A stretch of DNA of 62,652 nucleotides, the filler included, from Candidatus Coatesbacteria bacterium (lineage in GTDB: Bacteria > JAFGND01): the NCBI GenBank assembly GCA_016927185.1. It is 5 parts of 5 records of this genome, joined end to end, with 100 filler letters (N's around TTAATTAATTAA, not from the genome) between each part and the next. Parts side by side here need not be neighbours in the genome. Positions count along the whole stretch, not along the records: positions 1 to 31,836 come from JAFGND010000077.1; 4 more parts are not named here. One strand, written 5' to 3'. Below, piece after piece: positions 10,126 to 19,497 of the stretch. Each line of letters starts with the position of its first letter. Position 1 is the first letter of the stretch. Under the pieces are notes generated by a model. The model saw nothing but the letters and a program-made list of their open reading frames with translations. It did not search any database and was not told where the DNA came from. The position numbers were made by a program, and so were the translations under genes.

Positions 10126-10629
10126 ATGAGAAAACTAATCGTCTTATTGTTTACCTTTTCTATGATTTTTGCAGAAGAGAATCTGATAAAACCTACTATG
10201 CCTAATGATGAATTCTTGAGGATACTATCAGAATACTTCAAGACAAACGGAATAGAAAGTGAGATAATAAAACTTAAGAATATCAGTTTATTGAAAGTTA
10301 CGCCACCTGAAAAACTTGGAAATATGTGGCTGGTTTTCAGCCTTCAACCGATGACAGTATTTGAAAAAAGAGCATATGGATTTGTTCAGATAAATATGAT
10401 GACAGGGAGGAGAATGCATAGATACAAGAAGCATTTCATTACCATGAATGAACATAATCTGAAAAATTCTGAAGGTTGTTTTTTCATGAACGAGTTTGAT
10501 AGAATTGAAGGTAATTTACTTATCGTTGTGCCACCTGAAGGGATAAAACCAGATATAATTCTTCAAGGCAAGAATTACCTGCAGGATGGATGGGTAAAGT
10601 TATCTAAGATGTTAGGTGTTGATCCATAA
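10126..10629 (+). CDS. exported hypothetical protein, paralog of the previous gene
   Basis: Signal peptide; GCFFMNEFDRIEG...PPEGI...GW. Confidence 0.55.
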   Translation: MRKLIVLLFTFSMIFAEENLIKPTMPNDEFLRILSEYFKTNGIESEIIKLKNISLLKVTPPEKLGNMWLVFSLQPMTVFEKRAYGFVQINMMTGRRMHRYKKHFITMNEHNLKNSEGCFFMNEFDRIEGNLLIVVPPEGIKPDIILQGKNYLQDGWVKLSKMLGVDP

Positions 10630-10647
10630 AAGGGGAGGGGACTGGCA

Positions 10648-11793
10648 ATGTTTCACGACAATAAAGTATTCTTTTCTTTAAAGAGAGAAAAAAATAGGCC
10701 TACTTGTAGAATGGAATCAGATGATAAGCATTATAATGCATTGATAGATTGGATTGGAAAAGCCTATCGAAACACTCCCATGAATCTAGCTTTCCCTGCA
10801 GGCTATAATCTGGAACAAGGATGGTTGAAGGGAAAGGAAACAACAGCTGCTTTAGCTCTTGTTTTTTTCCTTAAGATAAATGAAGAGCGCTTTATTGAAG
10901 TGGCAAAATCTCTTGCTGATTATCTTGTTTCAAGACAGGTTCCAGTCGGATGGTATTTCCCGTCTGATAAAAAACCTCCAGTAAACCCTTCTATTTATAC
11001 AACAGCAGTTATAATAGATGCATTGCTAAAAGCTTATTCTAAATTCAACGATGAAGCATATATAGAATCAGCGATAAATGCAGGGAACTGGCTAATATCA
11101 ATACAAGCAAGTGATGGAACATGGAGAAGATTCTCCCCCCATGGAAGACCACAATCATTTCATGCAATAGCTGCCTCAAAACTGGCAAAACTATATGAAG
11201 TAACTCTTGAAACAGGATTCAAGTTAGGAGCAATTAAATATATGGAATGGTTGAAAAGCATGTATGAACCAAGAATACCATGGATTTATCATATGGAAAG
11301 GAAAGAGGGAATTTCTACAAAAACAAGAGATATGGCATTGACATTGCTTGGAATGGTTGAAATAGCAGAACAACTTTCACTCCATGATATCATGGCAAGA
11401 GCTTCAGACTTTGCAGAAAAAATCCTGGAAGTTTACAGAGAAAAATCCTTTCTATATCCAGCATATTCAATAGAATGGAAACCTGAAGTAAAATCTTATG
11501 CTGACATTCTTGGTTATGCATACATGGCGAGGACTTTTCTAAATCTGGATAAATTGAAACAATGTGTTGCTTTTGGCGGAATTGCCAGATCAATGATTCA
11601 ATATATCAAGAAGACACATGTAATTGAAGGTAAAGAGGATTTTGTTGGAGCATTAAAACTAAGCCAACCCATACACAAGGGAGAAAAACCATTAACATTT
11701 TCTTCTGATGCTACTATAGTTTTTGCTGATTTGTTATATGATGCTAAAACGGATTTATTACCGAAATGGGACAGGAATCCAGAGAAAAAATAA
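10648..11793 (+). CDS. alpha/alpha-toroid (prenyltransferase/squalene cyclase-like repeat) protein
   Basis: Repeats such as ADYLVSRQ..GW and AGNWLISIQASDGTW; YTTAVIIDAL. Confidence 0.55.
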   Translation: MFHDNKVFFSLKREKNRPTCRMESDDKHYNALIDWIGKAYRNTPMNLAFPAGYNLEQGWLKGKETTAALALVFFLKINEERFIEVAKSLADYLVSRQVPVGWYFPSDKKPPVNPSIYTTAVIIDALLKAYSKFNDEAYIESAINAGNWLISIQASDGTWRRFSPHGRPQSFHAIAASKLAKLYEVTLETGFKLGAIKYMEWLKSMYEPRIPWIYHMERKEGISTKTRDMALTLLGMVEIAEQLSLHDIMARASDFAEKILEVYREKSFLYPAYSIEWKPEVKSYADILGYAYMARTFLNLDKLKQCVAFGGIARSMIQYIKKTHVIEGKEDFVGALKLSQPIHKGEKPLTFSSDATIVFADLLYDAKTDLLPKWDRNPEKK

Positions 11794-13058
11794 TGCTTTC
11801 AATTGAAGATATTCAGAAATATGGTATAGTAGGATGTGGTGGCGCAGGATTTCCTTCTCATATCAAGCTTATGAATGAAGTCAAAACATTCATTATCAAT
11901 GCAGTTGAATGTGAACCTCTTTTATGGACAGATAAGTATCTTGCCTTGAATCATTACGAGGAAATAATTAATGGAATTGATTATGTAATAAGATTAAAAA
12001 AACCTGAAAAAACAATATTATGCATCAAGGACAAGTTTTATGAGTATTTTACAGAGTTAATAAAGAGACTTGATAATATTGAAGTAATGCGAATGAAAGA
12101 CTATTATCCTGCTGGAGATGAATTAATAATAATAAACGAAGCTCTTGGATTAACCATAAGTCCAGGGAAAATACCCAAAGATTATGGAATACTTGTTAAT
12201 AACATTGAGACATTGTTTCATCTTGGGAATGCAGCAAGTAAAAACAGAAAAATGACAAGGAAATATTTAACAGTCACTACAAAAACAAAATCATATATTG
12301 TATCAACCCCTATAGGCACCCGTTTCAGGGATGTATTAGCAAAATTAGATATAAAACTAAAAGAAAATGAGATTTTAATAGAGAATGGTCTTATGACTGG
12401 GAATTCTATCAGTGAAGATTCTTTTATTAATTCAACAACAAAAGCCTTGATTGTTTATAATCCAACAAGAGTTTACAATGAGATAGTTTCGTTTTCCCCT
12501 TCCAGACAGCAAAGAAGAAATTTTACAGCATGTATTCAATGCAGCAGATGTACTGATTTGTGCCCAAGGTATCTTATAGGTCATCCACTGAAACCTCACA
12601 GGATAATGAGATGCATGATGAATGATGAGAAAAAAGCTATTGATTTTGGACTTTTTTTATGTTCTGATTGTGGTTTATGCGAAATTTATGCTTGTCCTAT
12701 GGGTATTGCTCCAAGGCAGATAATCAGGAAACTGAAGAATGAATTAGAAAACAAGGGTACTCTTCATGAAAATCTCTTGAAAACAAATACAAGAAAATTC
12801 AGATTGGTAAGCAGCAAATCTTTATACAAGAGACTTGCAGTGACGAGTAAAAAGCCTGATTCAAATGAAGTCTGCATAAATCCAGAAACTGTAAGATTGC
12901 AGATAAAAAGTAAAGGTTCCTTGCTTGTATCTAATGATGAAAAGGTAACTGAGGGGCAGCCTTTATGGAAACCAGATAATACTTTTAATGTATGGATTAA
13001 TGCAACGATTAGTGGCAAGATAAAAATAGATAGTGAAGGCATTATAATAAAGGATTAG
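11793..13058 (+). CDS. pduS: PduS/RnfC-like flavin and Fe-S protein (cobalamin reductase family)
   Basis: GIVGCGGAGFP, NAVECEP, YPAGDE, two CxxCxxCxxxCP motifs, C-terminal NATISG; likely start ATG 11793 coupled by TAATG. Confidence 0.8.
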   Translation: MLSIEDIQKYGIVGCGGAGFPSHIKLMNEVKTFIINAVECEPLLWTDKYLALNHYEEIINGIDYVIRLKKPEKTILCIKDKFYEYFTELIKRLDNIEVMRMKDYYPAGDELIIINEALGLTISPGKIPKDYGILVNNIETLFHLGNAASKNRKMTRKYLTVTTKTKSYIVSTPIGTRFRDVLAKLDIKLKENEILIENGLMTGNSISEDSFINSTTKALIVYNPTRVYNEIVSFSPSRQQRRNFTACIQCSRCTDLCPRYLIGHPLKPHRIMRCMMNDEKKAIDFGLFLCSDCGLCEIYACPMGIAPRQIIRKLKNELENKGTLHENLLKTNTRKFRLVSSKSLYKRLAVTSKKPDSNEVCINPETVRLQIKSKGSLLVSNDEKVTEGQPLWKPDNTFNVWINATISGKIKIDSEGIIIKD

Positions 13059-13059
13059 A

Positions 13060-13605
13060 ATGCTGGAAGCAATTGGATTGATTGAATGGCAGAGTATTGC
13101 CATAGGTTATGCAGCAACTGATATATTGCTTAAAACCTCAAACATAACTTTACTGGAAGCAAGGCCAACATGCCCTGGGCGTTTTTATGCCTTGATAACT
13201 GGAGATGTCGCTTCTGTAAAAGTTTCAATAGAGAAAGCAGAAAACTATTCCATTGAAGAGGTCATAGATAAAATAGTGCTGCCTAATGCTCATCCTACAG
13301 TAATACCAGCGATTACAGGTAGAGGTATTTCATATGAAAACCAATCCCTGGGAATCGTAGAGACTTTCACGTTAAGTTCATGTTTGAATTGTGCTGACAT
13401 GATTGCAAAATCAGCTGCTGTAGAGCTTATTGAAATACGATTGGGAATTGGACTAGCAGGCAAATCAATTGCGATTTGCTGTGGAGAAGTAGCTGCTGTT
13501 TCCTCAGCTGTCAATCGTTGTCCATTACTTCTCAGTGAAAATGGAAACCTTGTAGCTGTTGAAGTTATAGCAGCTCCCCACAAAGACTTGTACGGCTTAT
13601 ACTAG
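13060..13605 (+). CDS. pduT: tandem-domain BMC shell protein, PduT-like
   Basis: AIGLIE, CPGR (Fe-S Cys position), GDVASV, LGIVET, GLAGK, VIAAPH. Confidence 0.85.
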   Translation: MLEAIGLIEWQSIAIGYAATDILLKTSNITLLEARPTCPGRFYALITGDVASVKVSIEKAENYSIEEVIDKIVLPNAHPTVIPAITGRGISYENQSLGIVETFTLSSCLNCADMIAKSAAVELIEIRLGIGLAGKSIAICCGEVAAVSSAVNRCPLLLSENGNLVAVEVIAAPHKDLYGLY

Positions 13606-14222
13606 CTATCACCTAAAACTTCAGCAAAATCAGAATCAGAATCAAGCAGGTTTTCATCAAAAGCATCCTCTTTCAAAGACGACAGTATTGTTCTTACTAT
13701 TTCTGGTTGATTATCCATGAGAAGTTTTGTTACATGATCAGCAAGATTTCTGTTTTTCAAAGCCTGGATTTTTTGAGATAATTCTGGATGTTCCTCTGAA
13801 ATCAAAAGCTTTTTGAAAAGAGGTTCGTCTACAAATTCCAAGAATTTTATGTCTTTTGATTTCTCTAATCGTACCAGATCTGATGCCTTGCAAATACAAT
13901 ATTGTTCATCAAAGTCCAGGTCCTTGTTAAGAATTTGTATTACCAGTAAATCCTGTTCAGGTTTCATTTTCCATTTCAGGAGTTTTTCTATCTTGTATTC
14001 AGTTTTTGCTTCCTGAGGCAATTCAAGTAAAGTTATGGATGCAGTCTGAAGGTTGGCTCCCTTTCCAGTATACCAGACATAATAAATCCAAAGCGGATCC
14101 TTGAAGTCATTAATGTACTCATTTATAAGGTTTCCAGCTTTCTTGAATTCCTCCTCAATCAGTGCATTAAATCTTACCCCATTCTCATTAAGCTGTGAGT
14201 TTAAAAGAGCAAATTTCCCCAT
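13602..14222 (-). CDS. hypothetical protein
   Basis: 206-aa ORF with GGGGG RBS; last gene of a minus-strand operon. Confidence 0.7.
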   Translation of the reverse strand: MGKFALLNSQLNENGVRFNALIEEEFKKAGNLINEYINDFKDPLWIYYVWYTGKGANLQTASITLLELPQEAKTEYKIEKLLKWKMKPEQDLLVIQILNKDLDFDEQYCICKASDLVRLEKSKDIKFLEFVDEPLFKKLLISEEHPELSQKIQALKNRNLADHVTKLLMDNQPEIVRTILSSLKEDAFDENLLDSDSDFAEVLGDS

Positions 14223-14238
14223 TTCAAAACCCCCTTGT

Positions 14239-15414
14239 TTAACCAGTCATTTTATCTATAGATTTCAAATTAGTCTTCTTGTCTCTTGATCTGTTCTTTT
14301 TCCATCCTGCTGCAACTGATATTGGTAGCAATGCAAGTGGAATGAGAGCTAGAAAATAGCTAGAATATGGTACTTTATATATCATGGCGATAATACAAAT
14401 CATTACCATTATATGTGTTATTCTATTCAGGAAAAGCTTCTTCTGTCCATCAGGTTGTACTGAAACAAAAGGCAAAATCAGAAATAATACTGTGACTAAT
14501 GTCATAACTATACTTGAATATAGATCTATTATTGTATTTGTTTTTGTATAGTTCCAGAAATAGAACGATATTATAATCAAATTATCAGTTAGCATATCAA
14601 ACCAGGCCCCAAACGATGAAGATGCACTCATTTGCTTGGCAATCATTCCATCAAAAATATCAGTGAGAAATATAAGTATGATTATTGACATTCCTGTAGA
14701 TGGATTTCCCGACATGTTTCTCAATAATATGAAAGTAAGGAGTATTCTTGTAAAGGTAGTGATATTAGCCAGGAAATAGCCTATGACTTTCAGAAGCTTC
14801 AACTCAAGCAATCCTGAATAATATAAATGTGCAAGTACACTAACTAGTGTTAGTAGAAGCATTATTCCCAGATAGTATTCAAGGAACGGAAGTTTTCTAT
14901 TGAAAAAATAGTGGAAGAAAAGGAAGGGGATTAAACTCCATTGAAGTGTCATTTTCCATTTTCCAACACTTGTAGCTCCAATTTTCTCTTCAATTTCCTC
15001 TGATGCCCACTGAACTAAAGCAGAACCAGCGCTTATAAGTTCCAGAATTATGACAGGCAATATTAATGCAACAAAGGACTGGGCAAAGAATACGTATAAG
15101 GAAATCATTGAAACTTTATCTGCAATTCTATCCAGGAATTGCCCCAATGGCTTTGGTGTTTTGTGAGTGAGTCTTGATAAAGGTCCATCAAGGAAATCTG
15201 TTAATCCCAATAGAAACCATGATATCATGAATATCCATGCATATGTATTAGCACCTCCCTCATGGAAAGCAATCAGGGCAAAAATGCAGACAGGCATGAA
15301 GAATAATGGTCTGCTTAACGTAAGCCTGTTTGGTGTTATCCAGTAGGGGAAAAGCCTTGCAAATCTTATTGCAGTGTGTTCCCTGAACTCCAAAAATTTT
15401 TCCAATAGAGTCAT
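14239..15414 (-). CDS. CDP-alcohol phosphatidyltransferase with two tandem catalytic domains
   Basis: Two DxxDG...GxxxDxxxD motifs, PNRLTLSR and ANITTFTR starts, many TM segments. Confidence 0.8.
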   Translation of the reverse strand: MTLLEKFLEFREHTAIRFARLFPYWITPNRLTLSRPLFFMPVCIFALIAFHEGGANTYAWIFMISWFLLGLTDFLDGPLSRLTHKTPKPLGQFLDRIADKVSMISLYVFFAQSFVALILPVIILELISAGSALVQWASEEIEEKIGATSVGKWKMTLQWSLIPFLFFHYFFNRKLPFLEYYLGIMLLLTLVSVLAHLYYSGLLELKLLKVIGYFLANITTFTRILLTFILLRNMSGNPSTGMSIIILIFLTDIFDGMIAKQMSASSSFGAWFDMLTDNLIIISFYFWNYTKTNTIIDLYSSIVMTLVTVLFLILPFVSVQPDGQKKLFLNRITHIMVMICIIAMIYKVPYSSYFLALIPLALLPISVAAGWKKNRSRDKKTNLKSIDKMTG

Positions 15415-15417
15415 TTT

Positions 15418-16092
15418 TTACCCAAAATACTCAAAATCTATTTTAAATAATTCCTGCAAAAGCTCATTTTGCTGTATTTGTTCTTTTTCATTCCATCTTG
15501 TTCTCAATAATTCCCTGTCAATAATCCCCTTATTTATTGCTACCTGCAATGATTTTTCTCTTGATATCAATATATCAGTCAGATCCCATGGAATAATCGA
15601 ACTTTTATAATTTGCTTCATTTTTCTTAAAAGGAATATGGAGAAGTTGCCATTCTTCTGGATTATAAACAAGTGATTCTATTCCATATTTATTCAATCTT
15701 GCTATGAAAGGAATTATTGACCACAAGCCGGCAAGATTGAGCTGTGAAGCGAAGTAAGGAATATCTCTCGGTGGTTTTTCATCAAACTTAAGCTCTTTAT
15801 TGAATGGGAAAATTCTGGATGTGAATTTAATAATTATTTTGAAATTGAAAGGATGGATGGAGAGTGGGATTAGAATATAATAATCCTTTCCTAAATTAAT
15901 CCTTACAAACGGGCAATATCTCGATGCTTCATTAATATCCTCTTCAATATTAATCCATTTAGTTTCAATTGGCATTATCTTGCTTTCCGATATTATATTG
16001 CATTTTCCGCATTTTTCGCATATCCAGATATCTCCGCGAATTCTTGGTAATATACTTTTACAATCGGCACAATATAATGCAAGAGCCTTCAT
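15418..16092 (-). CDS. zinc-ribbon protein
   Basis: CADC...CEKC, YCPF, HIPF. Confidence 0.6.
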   Translation of the reverse strand: MKALALYCADCKSILPRIRGDIWICEKCGKCNIISESKIMPIETKWINIEEDINEASRYCPFVRINLGKDYYILIPLSIHPFNFKIIIKFTSRIFPFNKELKFDEKPPRDIPYFASQLNLAGLWSIIPFIARLNKYGIESLVYNPEEWQLLHIPFKKNEANYKSSIIPWDLTDILISREKSLQVAINKGIIDRELLRTRWNEKEQIQQNELLQELFKIDFEYFG

Positions 16093-17105
16093 TATTTCCT
16101 TATCTCTATTATGAAATTCTCTTTTGCTTGTTTATAGCCTTCTATAAGGAACGGGAAAAGTGTATCATCAATAAATGATGATTTTCCTTCCCTTAATATC
16201 ATGTTGTTATTAAGAACAAAAGGTAAAATAAAAAGCATTGCTGCCATGAAAAGTACAGCTAGTCCTGCAGACTGAGGTTTCATTAAACCTTCCGGATGGC
16301 ATAATGTAGTCAACAAGAAAATTGATAGTATGACTTTGATAATACTTTTGAAAAAGAGCTTTTCTCCTTTTCCTTGAAGTAAGGCATAGATAATTTTCTT
16401 TGAAACTCCATCTACTAAAATCAAGTAGTTTTTTCCTTCAAAAAATATTCTGAAAACCCATAAAGGATAATAAAGCAAACCTATACTCTCCTCAAGAACC
16501 ACAGGTGAATTCATGATGTTATTGGATTCAGGCGATTTAATACTCTTATCTGCAGTTGATTTCAAGAAGAAATCGTCAGTAAGATGTTTTCTTGCTGCTT
16601 CCGGGGTCAGCACAGGAGTGAGAACTATTCCTTCTTTGTTCAGTATTTTATAATCAACCTTTTCTCTGCAATATTCATTAGTTACCAGACCCTTGATATG
16701 AAGGTGATCCAAATCTACTGCCGGTACTCGTCTCCTGAAAGTTTTCACGACAATTTTATCCATTATCTCAGTTTCAGATTCAGTTTCAAAAAGACTTGCA
16801 TTCCCTCTCCATGTACCTATCATCACTTCAAACTCCCAGAAGGGAATATATAGCAGATCAGTGTTAGAAGGATTAATTGCGTCTATGAAACCGTTTTCAA
16901 TATCCATTGTTTTAAGCTCAGATTTGAGATGTTTATAAACTTCTGCTTTATTAAATAAATTCCTTATAACTTCCCTTTTCTGAAGACCTTTTATCAAGAC
17001 AGGAGTATTGCAAAAATCACAGATTTCATTTGAATCTTCCAGACTGAGTGTTCCTCCGCAATTGGGACAATTAAGAGAAATACTATTAATATAATTGAAG
17101 TTCAT
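16092..17105 (-). CDS. zinc-ribbon membrane protein (YdjG-like)
   Basis: CPNCGG...CDFC, YIPFW, YYPLW, VDG; C-terminal TM segments. Confidence 0.65.
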   Translation of the reverse strand: MNFNYINSISLNCPNCGGTLSLEDSNEICDFCNTPVLIKGLQKREVIRNLFNKAEVYKHLKSELKTMDIENGFIDAINPSNTDLLYIPFWEFEVMIGTWRGNASLFETESETEIMDKIVVKTFRRRVPAVDLDHLHIKGLVTNEYCREKVDYKILNKEGIVLTPVLTPEAARKHLTDDFFLKSTADKSIKSPESNNIMNSPVVLEESIGLLYYPLWVFRIFFEGKNYLILVDGVSKKIIYALLQGKGEKLFFKSIIKVILSIFLLTTLCHPEGLMKPQSAGLAVLFMAAMLFILPFVLNNNMILREGKSSFIDDTLFPFLIEGYKQAKENFIIEIRK

Positions 17106-17890
17106 CTATTACCCTTATCCAAATATTTCGTTTTTGCAAGCATAGCTCCTGAAACCAAAACTATAAGCAATAAAATCTTAATGAATATGTAAAAATAATT
17201 CACTTCCAGATAAACAGCTCTATATATGTTTGCGCCAAAAATATAAGCAGGAAACTTCACTTCCCACAACAGGAAGACTATAAAAGATATAGAAAAAACA
17301 GTTACAAAATAATTCCTGAGTCTGTTTAAATATTCTTTTCTTAAATTTGGAGGGGTTTGATTAATATGAATTTTGCCTTTGGTTGCATCAATATATGCAA
17401 TATATTCCTCATTCTTGACTATAAACGAAATAATGTAGAATGGAACAAAAGCAAGTATGGCTTGCTTGAACTCACTATTTTCAAGATACTTGTCTATTGA
17501 TATATCAGGCTGATAGCAATTGCTTATTTCACCACTTTCTATATCTGAAATCTCTCCTATCTCTATCTCGTTGGTAAAAATAGAAGTAGTTATACTGCTA
17601 TTTCCAGACTCAATAATTCTCTCATTTTTCATCTCAATTACCCAGAAAGGTAAATATGAGAAAACAGGATTGGATATATCAGTTGATTCAATACTCTCAC
17701 TTTTCAGATAACTTTTTAGAAGTTCCAAAGAATCTTGTTCTTTTATTTTTTGTGCAAGAACAAATGAAAGTACCATTTTTGTGATATCGAAATACTGATA
17801 TTGATCACAATATGGACATTTAACTACTTTGTTTATCAAATCAAGTTCAAGTTTGTTTCCACACTTAAGGCAATCTACTTGTTTTTTCAT
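17102..17890 (-). CDS. zinc-ribbon membrane protein (YdjG-like)
   Basis: CLKCG...CPYC, YLPFW, FVPFY, IDA; start probably ATG 17890 (ORF track gives 17929). Confidence 0.65.
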   Translation of the reverse strand: MKKQVDCLKCGNKLELDLINKVVKCPYCDQYQYFDITKMVLSFVLAQKIKEQDSLELLKSYLKSESIESTDISNPVFSYLPFWVIEMKNERIIESGNSSITTSIFTNEIEIGEISDIESGEISNCYQPDISIDKYLENSEFKQAILAFVPFYIISFIVKNEEYIAYIDATKGKIHINQTPPNLRKEYLNRLRNYFVTVFSISFIVFLLWEVKFPAYIFGANIYRAVYLEVNYFYIFIKILLLIVLVSGAMLAKTKYLDKGNR

Positions 17891-18026
17891 ATAGCTGCTT
17901 TTTTTTATGAAAATCTTTCTGTCAAGCATATTTGAATGAAAAAATAGTCAGGATAAATTTCAATTGACAATAAGTAATAAAATATAATGTTGTTAAATAA
18001 AGAAAATGAGTTAGAAAGGAGTTTTT

Positions 18027-19457
18027 ATGCAATTTAAAAGACTTTTTACTCTATTTGTTTCTTTATCATTAACGATTTTTATCTTGCTGGTTGCCAGCTG
18101 CGGTGATGAGGATTCAAATGGTGGCTGGAATACCGGTACAGGAACTGCAACAGGCACAGGACCTTATTATCCTCCAACAATCAAGCTACTTTCTCCAGGG
18201 AGTGAAGGAGCATATGCAGATAGCTCTTACAGAATAAAATGGGAATTTACTGCTCATCCCAACACATCACCAGTTGTCTCGCTATATTATGATGATGATA
18301 ATGAGAAGAATGGAAATGAAGCTGCTATTGCTGAAACTATAAGGGCTTCAACAACACTATATGATTGGAGTTGTGATTCGTTGACAGAAGGAAAGTATTA
18401 TCTTCTTGCGATTATTGATGATGGCTACAACAAGTCTACTTACAGATCTACCAACAGATTAGGCAAGAACAGAAAAAATCCTGTTTATGTCGGCAAAATA
18501 GGAAAAGAGCATAATACTGATCAATCTTATAGCGAAGGTAAACTTTCAATAACCCATAATCCCCCAGGACAACCCATATTGCTTATGGCAAAACATTCTG
18601 ATTTCCTTTTTACTTGCGATATTTCTCCTAATGGTAAAAATGCATTATCAGCTGGTTCAGATACAACGGTTTTTTACTGGGATTTGAGCACAGGCAATAT
18701 ATTAGCTGAATTAGATGGTCCTGATTCAATGAAAACGATTTATGGAGTGAAATTTTCTCCAGATGGTTATCATGCCATGTCAGCAAGTAATGACAAGAAA
18801 ATCAGATATTATAATTTAACTAACAAAATTGTAGAATTCACAATAAATGATATTGATTCACCTTTCAGATGTGTTGATATTTCATCAGATGGTCAGTATT
18901 GCGCTTTTGCTGGAGATAATAAGATAGCTTATTATTATAAAATTGCTCGTCCACCTATCATGGTAAGGGAATTCAATGGACATACCTCATGGATACTAAC
19001 AATCAAAATATCAAAAGATGGAAGATATTTGCTTACAGGTGGAATGGACAAGACAATAAAATACTGGGATATATCTACCGGTTCATTACTGAAAACACTT
19101 TCTGGGCATTATCACGATGTTTATTCAGTTGAATTCTCCCCTGACGGGAAATATGCAATTTCTGGTGGTGGAGATTATAATATGATATACTGGGATTTAA
19201 CAACTGGGACAAAGGTTAAGACTTTCTCTGGACATACTTATGACGTATTCGGAGTAGATATTTCAAGCGATGGTTCCAGAGCACTTTCTGCTTCAGGCGA
19301 CTACTCTGTCTGTTTCTGGAATATAAATACGAATGTAAGATTGTTGCAGATGAGAGGACATGAATTACAGGTTAATTCGGTTTGTTTTTCTCCTGATGAT
19401 ATGAGAGCTCTTTCGGTAAGCTCAGATAAAAAAGCTATATACTGGCAGCTCTGGTAG
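18027..19457 (+). CDS. WD40-repeat lipoprotein
   Basis: Lipobox VASC, Gly/Thr linker, Ig-like segment, about 7 GH...WD repeats; AAAGGAG RBS. Confidence 0.85.
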   Translation: MQFKRLFTLFVSLSLTIFILLVASCGDEDSNGGWNTGTGTATGTGPYYPPTIKLLSPGSEGAYADSSYRIKWEFTAHPNTSPVVSLYYDDDNEKNGNEAAIAETIRASTTLYDWSCDSLTEGKYYLLAIIDDGYNKSTYRSTNRLGKNRKNPVYVGKIGKEHNTDQSYSEGKLSITHNPPGQPILLMAKHSDFLFTCDISPNGKNALSAGSDTTVFYWDLSTGNILAELDGPDSMKTIYGVKFSPDGYHAMSASNDKKIRYYNLTNKIVEFTINDIDSPFRCVDISSDGQYCAFAGDNKIAYYYKIARPPIMVREFNGHTSWILTIKISKDGRYLLTGGMDKTIKYWDISTGSLLKTLSGHYHDVYSVEFSPDGKYAISGGGDYNMIYWDLTTGTKVKTFSGHTYDVFGVDISSDGSRALSASGDYSVCFWNINTNVRLLQMRGHELQVNSVCFSPDDMRALSVSSDKKAIYWQLW

Positions 19458-19463
19458 GAATTA

Positions 19464-19496
19464 ATTGAAAAGCGGGTTTTATACCCGCTTTTCAAT
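19464..19496. terminator. bidirectional intrinsic terminator
   Basis: Perfect 14-bp inverted repeat ATTGAAAAGCGGGT/ACCCGCTTTTCAAT between convergent genes. Confidence 0.85.
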
Positions 19497-19497
19497 A

